A DNA stretch of 64,000 nucleotides from Flavobacteriales bacterium. GTDB lineage: Bacteria > Bacteroidota > Bacteroidia > UBA10329. Position numbers and translations under genes: made by a program. This document shows, piece after piece, positions 10,754 to 18,968 of this stretch (positions are counted from its first letter, which is position 1; every line of letters begins with the position of its first letter). Location: NCBI GenBank assembly GCA_021739625.1, contig JAIPBJ010000001.1, positions 2,553-66,552 of the forward strand, written 5' to 3'. The notes below the pieces were generated by a model, which searched no databases, was not told the DNA's origin, and saw only the letters and a list, made by a program, of their open reading frames with translations.

Positions 10754-11173
10754 ATGAAGAAGAGAGAGCCAGTGAGCCACATCATGACCGCGCAGGTGGT
10801 CACGCTCAATCTTTCGCATACACTCAAGGATGCCGAGGCGCTTTTCAAGAAGCATCACATCCGCCATATACCCGTGGTCAGTGGCGGGAGTCTTATCGGC
10901 ATGTTGAGCCTTACCGACCTGTTGCGCATCAGTTTTGTGGACAACTACAGTGATGAAGAAGGACGGGTGGACACGGCCATTTATGACATGCTGAGCATCG
11001 ATCAGGTGATGGTGAGCAATCCGGTATGTGTGCAGTCTGGGCTTTCCATCAAAGAAGTGGCCGAGATCCTCGCATCCAAGGAGTTTCATGCGCTACCTGT
11101 TGTGGACGGGGAGAAGCTCGTAGGTATCGTCACCACCACAGACCTTATCAAGTACATGTTGACGCAATACTGA
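10754..11173 (+). CDS. CBS domain-containing protein
   Basis: Two CBS repeats (VSHIMT...IRHIPVV...LIGML; IDQVMV...FHALPVV...LVGIVTTTDL). Confidence 0.9.
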   Translation: MKKREPVSHIMTAQVVTLNLSHTLKDAEALFKKHHIRHIPVVSGGSLIGMLSLTDLLRISFVDNYSDEEGRVDTAIYDMLSIDQVMVSNPVCVQSGLSIKEVAEILASKEFHALPVVDGEKLVGIVTTTDLIKYMLTQY

Positions 11174-11280
11174 TCATCCGTACTGCCTTGCGCTTTTGGG
11201 GGTTTAAGCGTGAAGGACAAGCGCCAGTGATCCGGACAATTCCGGCACTGGCGCATTTGTTTTCATGAATATGAAGCCAA

Positions 11281-11314
11281 AATAAAGGGCCGCCCGATGG
11301 GGCAGCCCTTTATT
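11281..11314. terminator. Bidirectional intrinsic terminator
   Basis: AATAAAGGGCCGCCC-GATG-GGGCAGCCCTTTATT hairpin with A/T tails, between convergent genes. Confidence 0.7.
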
Positions 11315-11333
11315 CATGCGTGGTCAGTGGTAA

Positions 11334-12161
11334 TCACTTCATCAGGCGGATGACCACTCCCTCATCCGTGCGGAGGAAATAATGGCCTTCGCGCTTCGAA
11401 GAAAGGTCGATCAGGTTGGTCGATCTCAATGAAAGCACCTGCTGACCAAGGATGTCATAAACTCCACCTGTCACGTTGGTCGAAAGTTGAAAACGCCCCG
11501 TAGCACTTGGGTTGGGGTATGCCGTGAGGGTAGAGATGATGTTGTCATCTATGCCCACTGCCACACATTCAGAATTGACTGCGCTCGGTGTGGCGAAAAT
11601 CTCGATTCCGTTTACAGTCACACCTGTCGAGGTAGTGGATGCGATCCAGCTTTCAGGCAGTGTTCCATCAGAGGTTGGGTCGCAGCGTTCCAGAGACGCT
11701 CCACCGCCATCTGCACTGACAGGCCAAGCGACAGTGTCATCGAAATACACGGTATCGACCAGATTTCCCTGTGCATCACGGATGCTCAGTCCTTCACCGT
11801 TGTTGGAAAGGGCTCCGGTAGTCCAGGAGGTGGCATAACCGAGATTGAAGGTGTTCACAAGCGCGGTGTCGTTTATGCCGATCACACTGTGCTCTCCTGC
11901 CGGCAGGATGGGTGGATTACCCTCTATCATGGTGGGAATCACAAAATCGATGCCCGTGAATGTGAAGCCTCCAAGATTCACACCTGCACTTCCATAGTTG
12001 TATATCTCGATGTACTCCAGCGAGTCGTTTCCCGCCTCAGGTGGATTGTACATGATCTCGGTGATGGCAATGGTCGCATTTTGAGCGGCCAACTGTGCTG
12101 TCAGCGAAACTGCCACCGCAATAAGGGACAGTGAACGCAATGCCGGGTAATGTTTTTTCAT
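11334..12161 (-). CDS. Lamin-tail-domain (LTD) protein with T9SS type A CTD
   Basis: Signal peptide; 'IAITEIMYNP...EYIEIYN...LSNNGE' LTD motif; CTD 'YPNPS...GHYFL'. Upstream TACCTTTG (minus strand) at 12183-12190. Confidence 0.85.
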   Translation of the reverse strand: MKKHYPALRSLSLIAVAVSLTAQLAAQNATIAITEIMYNPPEAGNDSLEYIEIYNYGSAGVNLGGFTFTGIDFVIPTMIEGNPPILPAGEHSVIGINDTALVNTFNLGYATSWTTGALSNNGEGLSIRDAQGNLVDTVYFDDTVAWPVSADGGGASLERCDPTSDGTLPESWIASTTSTGVTVNGIEIFATPSAVNSECVAVGIDDNIISTLTAYPNPSATGRFQLSTNVTGGVYDILGQQVLSLRSTNLIDLSSKREGHYFLRTDEGVVIRLMK

Positions 12162-12214
12162 GTTGTGGTTTTATGAACTGGTCAAAGGTAAGGATCGGGC
12201 AGGTTAACTCACGG

Positions 12215-13909
12215 CTAAGAAATCTGTGATTCGGATTTCAAGTTCATCGTTTCCGGGCCAAGAATGGCCGCACTGTTCAGCGTCTGTTCATTGATCTTGA
12301 AATTCAACCAATAGTCCAATGCCGACCGGTATCCGTCTTTCCGGTTGGAGGCGATGAATTCGGCCCATAGCAATGCGATGGTCAGCTCTGCGATGTAGAA
12401 TGCCATATCGCGGGCGCTTGCTTCCTTTTCCATTGGAGTTGCCAATTTGCCGAGGAAGGTCATCAGCGTGGTGTATCTGCCCTGAATGATGCGCCATTGC
12501 TCGGGCGTGGCACCATGCTGTTCTTGGAGTCGGGGTTCTGCAAAGTCGCGGAATCCCTCCAGACCGTTTTCCTTTGCCATGGCCCGGAGCATGTCCAACG
12601 ACAGCACGTTGGTCGTGCCCTCCCAGATGCTGAGGGTCTGGGCATCGCGCAGCATCACAGGGATTCCGCTGTCTTCCAGATAGCCCAGTCCACCGAACAT
12701 CTCAATGTGCTCCGATGCTGAGGCAATGGCCTGCTTGGCCGTGTAGAGCTTCCCCACCGGGGTAAGCAGGCGCAAAAGGGCACTTTCCGGTGCTGTGGCC
12801 ACGTTGCATTCCTCTTTGCCCAACAGACGGGTGAGGAACAGGGCAAGCAATGCGTTGCTCTGGTAGGCAATCTCCAGCTCGCGCAACGTCCTCCGGTAGA
12901 GCACGTGCTCGCCCACAGGCTTTCCGAATGCCGATCGCTCTTTCCCGTATGCCGCGCTCAGCGCGAATGCCCTGCGCATGTATGACACCGCACTCACCGT
13001 GTTGTAGATGCGGGTGATGTTGAACAGCGTTGCTATTGTGGGCACTCCTCGGCCTTTTTGGCCTACCATCCGTGCCTTCGACCCCAGAAGCTTCAACTGC
13101 GCGGTGGGCAGGGCCCTTGTTCCGAGCTTGTCCTTCAAGGCCTCCACTTCTATGTGGTTGAGGCTTCCATCATCATTGCGTATGGGAAGGTGGAACAGCG
13201 AGAGCGGTGCGCGTCCGCCATTCTCCGGCTGGTCGGTGGATGCCAGTGTGAAGGCCATGTTGGCCGTGATGGCCGATGTGAACCATTTGTGGCCGTGCAG
13301 CGCAAAATGCTCCCCCGCAGGAACTGCGATGGTCATGGAGCGCGACACGTCCGAGCCTCCCGTGCGTTCGGTCATCCACTGGCCACTGGTGAGGAATTCG
13401 GCCGGGTTGCGTGAGGTGAGGCCGGGATAGGCCCCCTTGCGAAGGAAATCATCGCCATGAAGTTCAATCAGCCGCGCAGCACCGTCAGTCATCGCCAACG
13501 GAGACGTGTAGATGGCGGAGGAGGCCGTGTAGAGATAGAGTGTGGCGAACTGATAGAGCCGCGAATGCGCTCCATACTTCCGTTCATAGCCTATGGCGAC
13601 CAGACCCTCTTCGGCTGCCACGCGTTCGAGACCGAGCCATCCCTGCGAGACTTTTATCTCATCCACCCGCTTGCCCCACGCATCGAACTGGGTGAGTTGC
13701 GGAGGATTCGTTTCTGCTTCGCGCGCCCAAGCGATGCAGTCTGTGGTGACCAATTTTCCGAACCTTTCAAGGTCGGGGGCTATTTCTTTGAACACATCTT
13801 CAGGAAGATTTGCTGCGAGATAATCTCTTAGAAATTGGTCGTCCAAGAACTCGTTGCCGAGCTGCGGTGCTTTTTGGAGAAAATCCGAGTGGGGAGTAGC
13901 GTTTGACAT
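12215..13909 (-). CDS. Acyl-CoA dehydrogenase, AidB/ACAD11-like
   Basis: PLAMTDGAA, GQWMTERTGGSDV, LHGHKWFTS, LKDKLGTRALPT, GGLGYLED, IWEGTTNV. Start taken at MSNAT. Confidence 0.88.
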   Translation of the reverse strand: MSNATPHSDFLQKAPQLGNEFLDDQFLRDYLAANLPEDVFKEIAPDLERFGKLVTTDCIAWAREAETNPPQLTQFDAWGKRVDEIKVSQGWLGLERVAAEEGLVAIGYERKYGAHSRLYQFATLYLYTASSAIYTSPLAMTDGAARLIELHGDDFLRKGAYPGLTSRNPAEFLTSGQWMTERTGGSDVSRSMTIAVPAGEHFALHGHKWFTSAITANMAFTLASTDQPENGGRAPLSLFHLPIRNDDGSLNHIEVEALKDKLGTRALPTAQLKLLGSKARMVGQKGRGVPTIATLFNITRIYNTVSAVSYMRRAFALSAAYGKERSAFGKPVGEHVLYRRTLRELEIAYQSNALLALFLTRLLGKEECNVATAPESALLRLLTPVGKLYTAKQAIASASEHIEMFGGLGYLEDSGIPVMLRDAQTLSIWEGTTNVLSLDMLRAMAKENGLEGFRDFAEPRLQEQHGATPEQWRIIQGRYTTLMTFLGKLATPMEKEASARDMAFYIAELTIALLWAEFIASNRKDGYRSALDYWLNFKINEQTLNSAAILGPETMNLKSESQIS

Positions 13910-13924
13910 GATGATGTTTGCTTT

Positions 13925-13958
13925 AGACCTGACAGGTTCCAAAATCCCGTTGGGGTCT
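13925..13958. repeat. Imperfect intergenic palindrome (REP-like)
   Basis: AGACCTGACAGG-TTCCAAAAT-CCCGTTGGGGTCT; the outer AGACC/GGTCT pair perfectly and the inner arms are degenerate. Confidence 0.35.
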
Positions 13959-13965
13959 GTGTCGG

Positions 13966-15438
13966 TCAATTGGAAACTTTCAGATAAGCACTCAACCCTT
14001 GAAGACCTCCTTCCCTGCCGAATCCACTCTCCTTGTAGCCACCGAAGGGCGAGGTCGGGTCGAACTTGTTGTAGGTGTTGGCCCAGACCACGCCCGCCCG
14101 CAGCCTTTGGGTGAGGTTGAAGATGCGGCTGCCCTTGTCAGTCCACACGCCCGCGCTGAGGCCGAACGGGGTGTTGTTGGCCTTCTCTATCACCTCGTCC
14201 ACCGTGCGGAAGGTCTGTACCGCCAGCACAGGCCCGAAAATCTCCTCCTGCACGATGCGGTGGCTCTGCGATGCGTGGAGGAACAGCGTGGGGCGGCACC
14301 AGTTGCCCTTCTGCGGCAGGGCGCACTCGGGCTGCCACATTTCCGCGCCCTCTTCCGCGCCCAGTTTCAGGTATTTCTCGATGGTAGCGAGCTGCTCTTT
14401 GGAGTTGATGGCCCCGATGTCGGTGTTCTTGTCCAGCGGGTCGCCCACGCGCAGGGTGGCGATGCGGTCTTTCAGCTTGCGGACGACCGTCTCATAGACA
14501 TTCTCCTGCACGAACAGCCGCGACCCCGCGCAGCACACGTGCCCCTGGTTGAAGAAGATGCCGTTGATGATGCCCTCCACGGCCTGATCGAGCGGGGCAT
14601 CGTCAAAGATGATGTTGGCCGCCTTGCCGCCCAGTTCGAGGGTCACTTTCTTGTGCGTTCCCGCCACGGCCTTCTGGATGAGCTTGCCTACGCCCGTGCT
14701 GCCCGTGAAGGCGATCTTGTCCACATCGGGGTGGTTGACCAGTGCCGCACCCGTGGCCCCTGCGCCTGTGATGATGTTGACCACTCCGGCAGGAAGCCCA
14801 GCATCGTGGATAAGCTCGGCCAGTTTGATGGCCGTGAGCGGGGTGGTCTCGGCAGGTTTCAGCACCACGGTATTGCCGCAGGCCAGTGCGGGCGCAATCT
14901 TCCAAGCGGCCATCAGCAGCGGGAAATTCCAAGGGATGATCTGCCCCGCCACCCCCAACGGCTGCACTTTCTTCCCTGGGAAAGCGTACTCCAGCTTGTC
15001 GGCCCAGCCTGCGTAGTAGAAGAAATGGTTGGCCGCCAGCGGAATGTCGATGTCGCGGCTCTCGCGGATGGGCTTGCCCCCGTCCATGCTCTCGCAGATG
15101 GCAAACTCCCGCGCCCGCTCCTGAATGAGCCGTGCGATGCGGAAGATGTACTTTGTCCGTTCCTTGGCGGGCAGTTTGCTCCATACATCTGTGTATGCCT
15201 TGCGGGCGGCCTTCACAGCCTTGTCCACATCCTTGTCGCTGGCCTCTGCAAAGAGCGCGATGTGCTCCCCGTTGGCGGGGTTCTCCGAGGCGAAGGTCTT
15301 CCCGCCCTCGGCCTTCTGCCATTTGCCGTTGATGTAAAGGCCATACTCCTTTTGGATGGAGACGTTGGCCGTGCTCTCAGGGGCGGGGGAGTAGTCCCAA
15401 GCGGTGCCGAAGGTGAGGGTGTGCGCGGTGGAGGTCAT
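13966..15438 (-). CDS. Aldehyde dehydrogenase family protein
   Basis: IIPWNFPL, LKPAETTP, FTGSTGVG, LELGGK, FFNQGHVCCAG (catalytic Cys), EEIFGPV, PFGGYKESGFGREGG. Start at MTSTAH. Confidence 0.93.
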   Translation of the reverse strand: MTSTAHTLTFGTAWDYSPAPESTANVSIQKEYGLYINGKWQKAEGGKTFASENPANGEHIALFAEASDKDVDKAVKAARKAYTDVWSKLPAKERTKYIFRIARLIQERAREFAICESMDGGKPIRESRDIDIPLAANHFFYYAGWADKLEYAFPGKKVQPLGVAGQIIPWNFPLLMAAWKIAPALACGNTVVLKPAETTPLTAIKLAELIHDAGLPAGVVNIITGAGATGAALVNHPDVDKIAFTGSTGVGKLIQKAVAGTHKKVTLELGGKAANIIFDDAPLDQAVEGIINGIFFNQGHVCCAGSRLFVQENVYETVVRKLKDRIATLRVGDPLDKNTDIGAINSKEQLATIEKYLKLGAEEGAEMWQPECALPQKGNWCRPTLFLHASQSHRIVQEEIFGPVLAVQTFRTVDEVIEKANNTPFGLSAGVWTDKGSRIFNLTQRLRAGVVWANTYNKFDPTSPFGGYKESGFGREGGLQGLSAYLKVSN

Positions 15439-15631
15439 TCGGTAAGTTATAGTGTGAATTGCGGCCTGTCGGGCAGCTGTGATCAATCGGGTTGAGGTTG
15501 AGCAAAAGTAACCCACCGAGCAACTCCCGGATGCCCAAAGGAGGTATTGGTATTGAAAGTCCGGTTGACACATCCGTCACATTCCTCTCCACCTTTAACC
15601 CCTATTTTCGCCACCTCAAAAATCAGAGCAG

Positions 15632-16843
15632 ATGAACATTCATGAATATCAGGCGAAGGCCATTCTGAGCAGCTTCGGGGTGACCGTGCAACAGGGCAAA
15701 GTGGTTGACAGGGTGGAGGATGCTGTGGCTGCGGCCAAGCAACTGACCGAAGAGACCGGCACAGGCTGGTACGTGGTGAAGGCACAGATCCACGCAGGTG
15801 GACGCGGCAAGGGCATTGTGACCGAGACCGGTTCGCATGGGGTGGTACTGGCCAAGGGCATCGATCATGTGGAGGAGAAGGTGAAGGGCGTTCTGGGCGG
15901 CCATCTGGTCACCAAGCAGACCAGTGCCGGTGGCAAGAAGGTGAACAAGGTGCTCATTGCGCAGGATGTCTATTATCCCGGCCCAAGCGAGACATCGGAG
16001 TTCTATATGAGTGTGCTGCTGAACCGTGCCACGGGCCGCAACATGATCATGTACAGCACCGAGGGCGGCATGGACATCGAGGCGGTCGCAGAGCATACGC
16101 CACATCTCATCTTCACTGAGGAGATCGACCCATCAGTGGGTCTGCAAGCATTTCAGACCAGGAAGATCGCCTTCAACCTCGGTCTTTCGGGTCAGGCGTT
16201 CAAGGAGATGGCCAAATTCGTGGAGGCACTATACCGTGCCTACGTGGAAACCGACAGCAGCATGTTCGAGATCAACCCCGTTCTAAAGACATCTGATGAC
16301 AGGATATTGGCCGTGGACGCCAAAGTTACCCTCGATGGCAACGGGCTTTTCCGCCACAAGGACTATGCAGCACTGCGCGACACGAGCGAAGAGGATCCCA
16401 CAGAAGTGGAGGCCGACAGCCATGGCCTCAACTATGTGAAGCTCGATGGCAACGTGGGCTGCATGGTGAACGGTGCCGGACTGGCAATGGCCACCATGGA
16501 CATGATAAAACTTGCAGGATACGAGCCTGCCAACTTCCTCGATGTGGGCGGCACTGCCGATGCGGCACGTGTGGAGAAGGCGTTCCGCATCATACTCAAG
16601 GACCCGAACGTGAAGGCCATCCTCGTCAACATCTTCGGAGGCATTGTGCGCTGCGACCGTGTGGCGCAGGGCGTTGTGGATGCCTACAAGAGCATTGGCG
16701 AGATCAATGTGCCCATCATCGTGCGCCTGCAGGGCACCAATGCGGTGGAGGCCAAGACCATCATCGACAACAGCGGCCTCAAAGTCCTTTCGGCCATTGC
16801 GCTGAAGGAGGCTGCCCAGAAGGTGCAGGAGGCGTTGGCCTGA
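15632..16843 (+). CDS. sucC: Succinate--CoA ligase beta subunit
   Basis: [64 protein letters not shown]. Confidence 0.97.
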   Translation: MNIHEYQAKAILSSFGVTVQQGKVVDRVEDAVAAAKQLTEETGTGWYVVKAQIHAGGRGKGIVTETGSHGVVLAKGIDHVEEKVKGVLGGHLVTKQTSAGGKKVNKVLIAQDVYYPGPSETSEFYMSVLLNRATGRNMIMYSTEGGMDIEAVAEHTPHLIFTEEIDPSVGLQAFQTRKIAFNLGLSGQAFKEMAKFVEALYRAYVETDSSMFEINPVLKTSDDRILAVDAKVTLDGNGLFRHKDYAALRDTSEEDPTEVEADSHGLNYVKLDGNVGCMVNGAGLAMATMDMIKLAGYEPANFLDVGGTADAARVEKAFRIILKDPNVKAILVNIFGGIVRCDRVAQGVVDAYKSIGEINVPIIVRLQGTNAVEAKTIIDNSGLKVLSAIALKEAAQKVQEALA

Positions 16844-16846
16844 ATT

Positions 16847-16874
16847 GTAGAGACGCAGTTGACCGCGTCTCAAC
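16847..16874. repeat. GTAG-type REP palindrome
   Basis: GTAGAGACGC-AGTTGACC-GCGTCTCAAC, 28 bp; related copies at 16947-16974 and 18300-18327. Confidence 0.7.
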
Positions 16875-16878
16875 CGGA

Positions 16879-16923
16879 AAACAGAAACCCCGCTGCGCGA
16901 GATGCGTGGCGGGGTTTTCTGTT
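16879..16923 (+). terminator. Intrinsic terminator after sucC; also the left copy of a 54-bp direct repeat
   Basis: AACAGAAACCCCGCTGCGC...GCGTGGCGGGGTTTTCTGTT; the stem pairs on the + strand using G-U wobbles and is followed by a U-run. Confidence 0.75.
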
Positions 16924-16946
16924 GGTAGAGACGCTGATTCCATTAG

Positions 16947-16974
16947 GTACAGACGTGATTGATCGCGTCTCTAC
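16947..16974. repeat. GTAG-type REP palindrome overlapping the stop codon of the 235-aa gene
   Basis: GTACAGACGTGATTGATCGCGTCTCTAC; a half copy GTAGAGACGC lies at 16925-16934. Confidence 0.7.
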
Positions 16975-17678
16975 CCTGCGACCGGGGCGTTCTTCCCGTC
17001 CATGACCTTGGTCTTGGCCCTATAGCGCTGATACTGTGCCCTCCGTTCGGCATCTTTCGCCCAGACCACACTGGCGCAGATGCTCAGGGTGGACATGCGT
17101 TCCCAGACCATGTTGAACAACGCCACGCGGTCGTGCCGCTTCACCTTTCTGTCAGCCTTGGCGGCCTCCAGCAACTTATTGCGCTCATAGAGCTCGGTGA
17201 CCAGCGCGTCCAACTGGTCTATGGCCTCCTGCCTGTAGCCCTTGTCCAACAGCTGTGGCTTGAAGTCCGCTGACTGCGCGGTGGCATGCGCCAGTTCGAG
17301 CATCTCGGCAAGCAACAGCGTGTTGGGGCGTGCTTCCGGCCATCGGTCCTGCCCGAAGGCGCGCTGCCGCGACAGATCTGTGGGCCATGCCAATGTGGCG
17401 TAGCCCGCCAGGGCCTGCAGTGCGGCATAGCCCCTTTCCATGGCCGCACGGAGGTCGCTACTCAGCACTCCTATATCGAGCAGCAGACTGAGGTCGGAGG
17501 GGAAGGCATCTGCGGCCTTGGTCTCCGCCTCGAAGGCCGAGGCCCATGCGGAGTCCATCCATGGGAATTTCACTGTGAAGTCGGCCAGCTCTGCGTTCAG
17601 GCAGGAGGAGAACACCTCTGCACGCTCCAACATCACATTGTCGGGCATCGTGTAGGCCCTTGCTGCTGTCTGTGCCAT
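16971..17678 (-). CDS. Uncharacterised all-alpha-helical protein (235 aa)
   Basis: Clean ATG ORF with host-like GC; no signal peptide, TM segment or recognisable catalytic motif; basic C-terminus. TAGCTTTG -7 promoter (minus strand) at 17710-17717. Confidence 0.75.
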   Translation of the reverse strand: MAQTAARAYTMPDNVMLERAEVFSSCLNAELADFTVKFPWMDSAWASAFEAETKAADAFPSDLSLLLDIGVLSSDLRAAMERGYAALQALAGYATLAWPTDLSRQRAFGQDRWPEARPNTLLLAEMLELAHATAQSADFKPQLLDKGYRQEAIDQLDALVTELYERNKLLEAAKADRKVKRHDRVALFNMVWERMSTLSICASVVWAKDAERRAQYQRYRAKTKVMDGKNAPVAG

Positions 17679-17704
17679 TGTGGGGTAAGGGAATGCGTCA
17701 ATCT

Positions 17705-18133
17705 GTTCACAAAGCTAATTATTCGTTTCATATAATGCTTGTATGCATTCAAATGTATGATTAAAACATTCATACTCAAGAATGCACTCATCATATACTT
17801 GATCTATTTATTCAAACGAAGAACTAAAATTTTCAGATAAATATGAAAATCATTATGATGATGAATCTGTGAATTCAAATGAATAAATAAATCATTCAAA
17901 TGATGAATGAAACATGTTGAACTTATCATGTGAATGGATAAAAATATCAAATGAATAAACAAAAGAGATATATGAAAAGGTAAATTGATCATCTGAATAA
18001 TTAACAAGTTCATTTGAATAAATGGTATCATCATAGGAATAGATATATTGATCATAAGAATGAATATATTTATCAATAGAAACAATGAAATTTCCATTTG
18101 AATGAAAAGATTAATTATCTTAATGAAAAATTT
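17705..18133. repeat. AT-rich degenerate tandem array, ~20 units with 21-bp period
   Basis: TCA recurs at 17707, 17728, 17749, 17770, 17791, 17812, 17833, 17875, 17896, then after a 9-bp register shift at 17926, 17947, 17989, 18010, 18031, 18052, 18073. GAA is fixed 6 nt after the TCA position in nine consecutive right-hand units. Confidence 0.8.
17710..17717 (-). promoter_or_regulatory. Bacteroidota -7 promoter element (TAGCTTTG) for the 235-aa gene
   Basis: CAAAGCTA on the + strand, 31 bp upstream of ATG 17678, inside the first array unit. Confidence 0.55.
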
Positions 18134-18250
18134 CTTGGAAGTGGGCCAAAGCCTTCGATTCCATTTCCCGAACTCGGCTCTGTTTCGGTAAAACGTGGGA
18201 AACTCGCCTCAAGCTGGTGTATGCACGAAGCGTGAATCACTCCCAAGTGC

Positions 18251-18327
18251 GGAAAAAGAAAGCCCCGCTGTGCGGGATGCGTGGCGGGGGCTGTTGCTGG
18301 TAGAACCGTGATGCATCGCGGCTCTAC
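18251..18327. repeat. Right copy of the 54-bp direct repeat plus a GTAG REP
   Basis: 18251-18304 matches 16876-16929 at 43/54 positions ungapped; overlapped by REP GTAGAACCGTGATGCATCGCGGCTCTAC (18300-18327). Confidence 0.75.
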
Positions 18328-18335
18328 ATAGCGCA

Positions 18336-18968
18336 TCACCCCAACATCACGAACATGCCGGTAAAGACCAGTTCGTCCTCACCAGCGAATTTCACGCGGA
18401 TGTGGTAGAGGAAGGTGCCTGTGCCGATCCACTGCCCGTCATCTCTTCCGTTCCATCCATCCTCCAGACTGTGGGTCTCGAAAAGCAGGGTTCCGTCAAG
18501 GGAGCGCACCTGCCAGTGGAGAAATTCAAGCTCCGGGCCGAGAAGGCCAGGGTTGATCACGGGTTTCCACCCAGTAGAATAGGAATACCAACGGTCAAAG
18601 GCTGTCGGCACCATCACGAATCGATAGCAGGTGTAGAAATGTGCGGTGCGAATGATAGTGTCGCCTTGCCAATGGATCAGGCATCGCACCGAACCGACCC
18701 CTTGCGATGTCGGTAAATGGAGCGCAGTATCAGTTCCCAGCGGCTCCCACTCACCACCACCGACCGGCCTTGACCACTCTACAGAATCGACCCAGAAAGG
18801 GGCTTGCAGCTCGTAATTGTCGAACTCGTTCTCAAGGGCCTGGCATACCTCCACCACTTCGGCATCCAACAGAATGGTCTGCTGTCCGGGAATAGAAGGC
18901 ACCGATGGCGGCTCCTTGAGGCAGCCCGTCATTGCAAAACAGAACATGGTGACCAGAAGTAGCCTCAT
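18336..18968 (-). CDS. Lipoprotein with T9SS type B (gliding-motility-associated, CHU_C-like) C-terminal domain
   Basis: Lipobox AMTGC; C-terminal 'VPTAF...WKP...G.LLFET....GWNG...GTFLYHI...FTGMFVML'. Confidence 0.7.
   Translation of the reverse strand: MRLLLVTMFCFAMTGCLKEPPSVPSIPGQQTILLDAEVVEVCQALENEFDNYELQAPFWVDSVEWSRPVGGGEWEPLGTDTALHLPTSQGVGSVRCLIHWQGDTIIRTAHFYTCYRFVMVPTAFDRWYSYSTGWKPVINPGLLGPELEFLHWQVRSLDGTLLFETHSLEDGWNGRDDGQWIGTGTFLYHIRVKFAGEDELVFTGMFVMLG

Noticed and set aside
13999-15495. Long antisense ORFs (also 27483..28280, 40578..41420, 48204..49193, 50326..51540, 56813..57583 and similar)
   Set aside because: Shadow frames opposite well-supported high-GC3 genes, with no motifs.
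17804-18097. 97-aa hydrophobic minus-strand ORF as a real gene
   Set aside because: Its Ile/Leu/Phe/His heptad pattern follows directly from the AT-rich 21-bp array, covers only part of it, and has alien codon usage. Not fully excluded.
17705-18133. TIGR array or replication origin
   Set aside because: The period is 21 rather than ~36 nt and the neighbour shows no Nop-like motif by eye; no DnaA-box cluster or rep/dnaA gene was seen.
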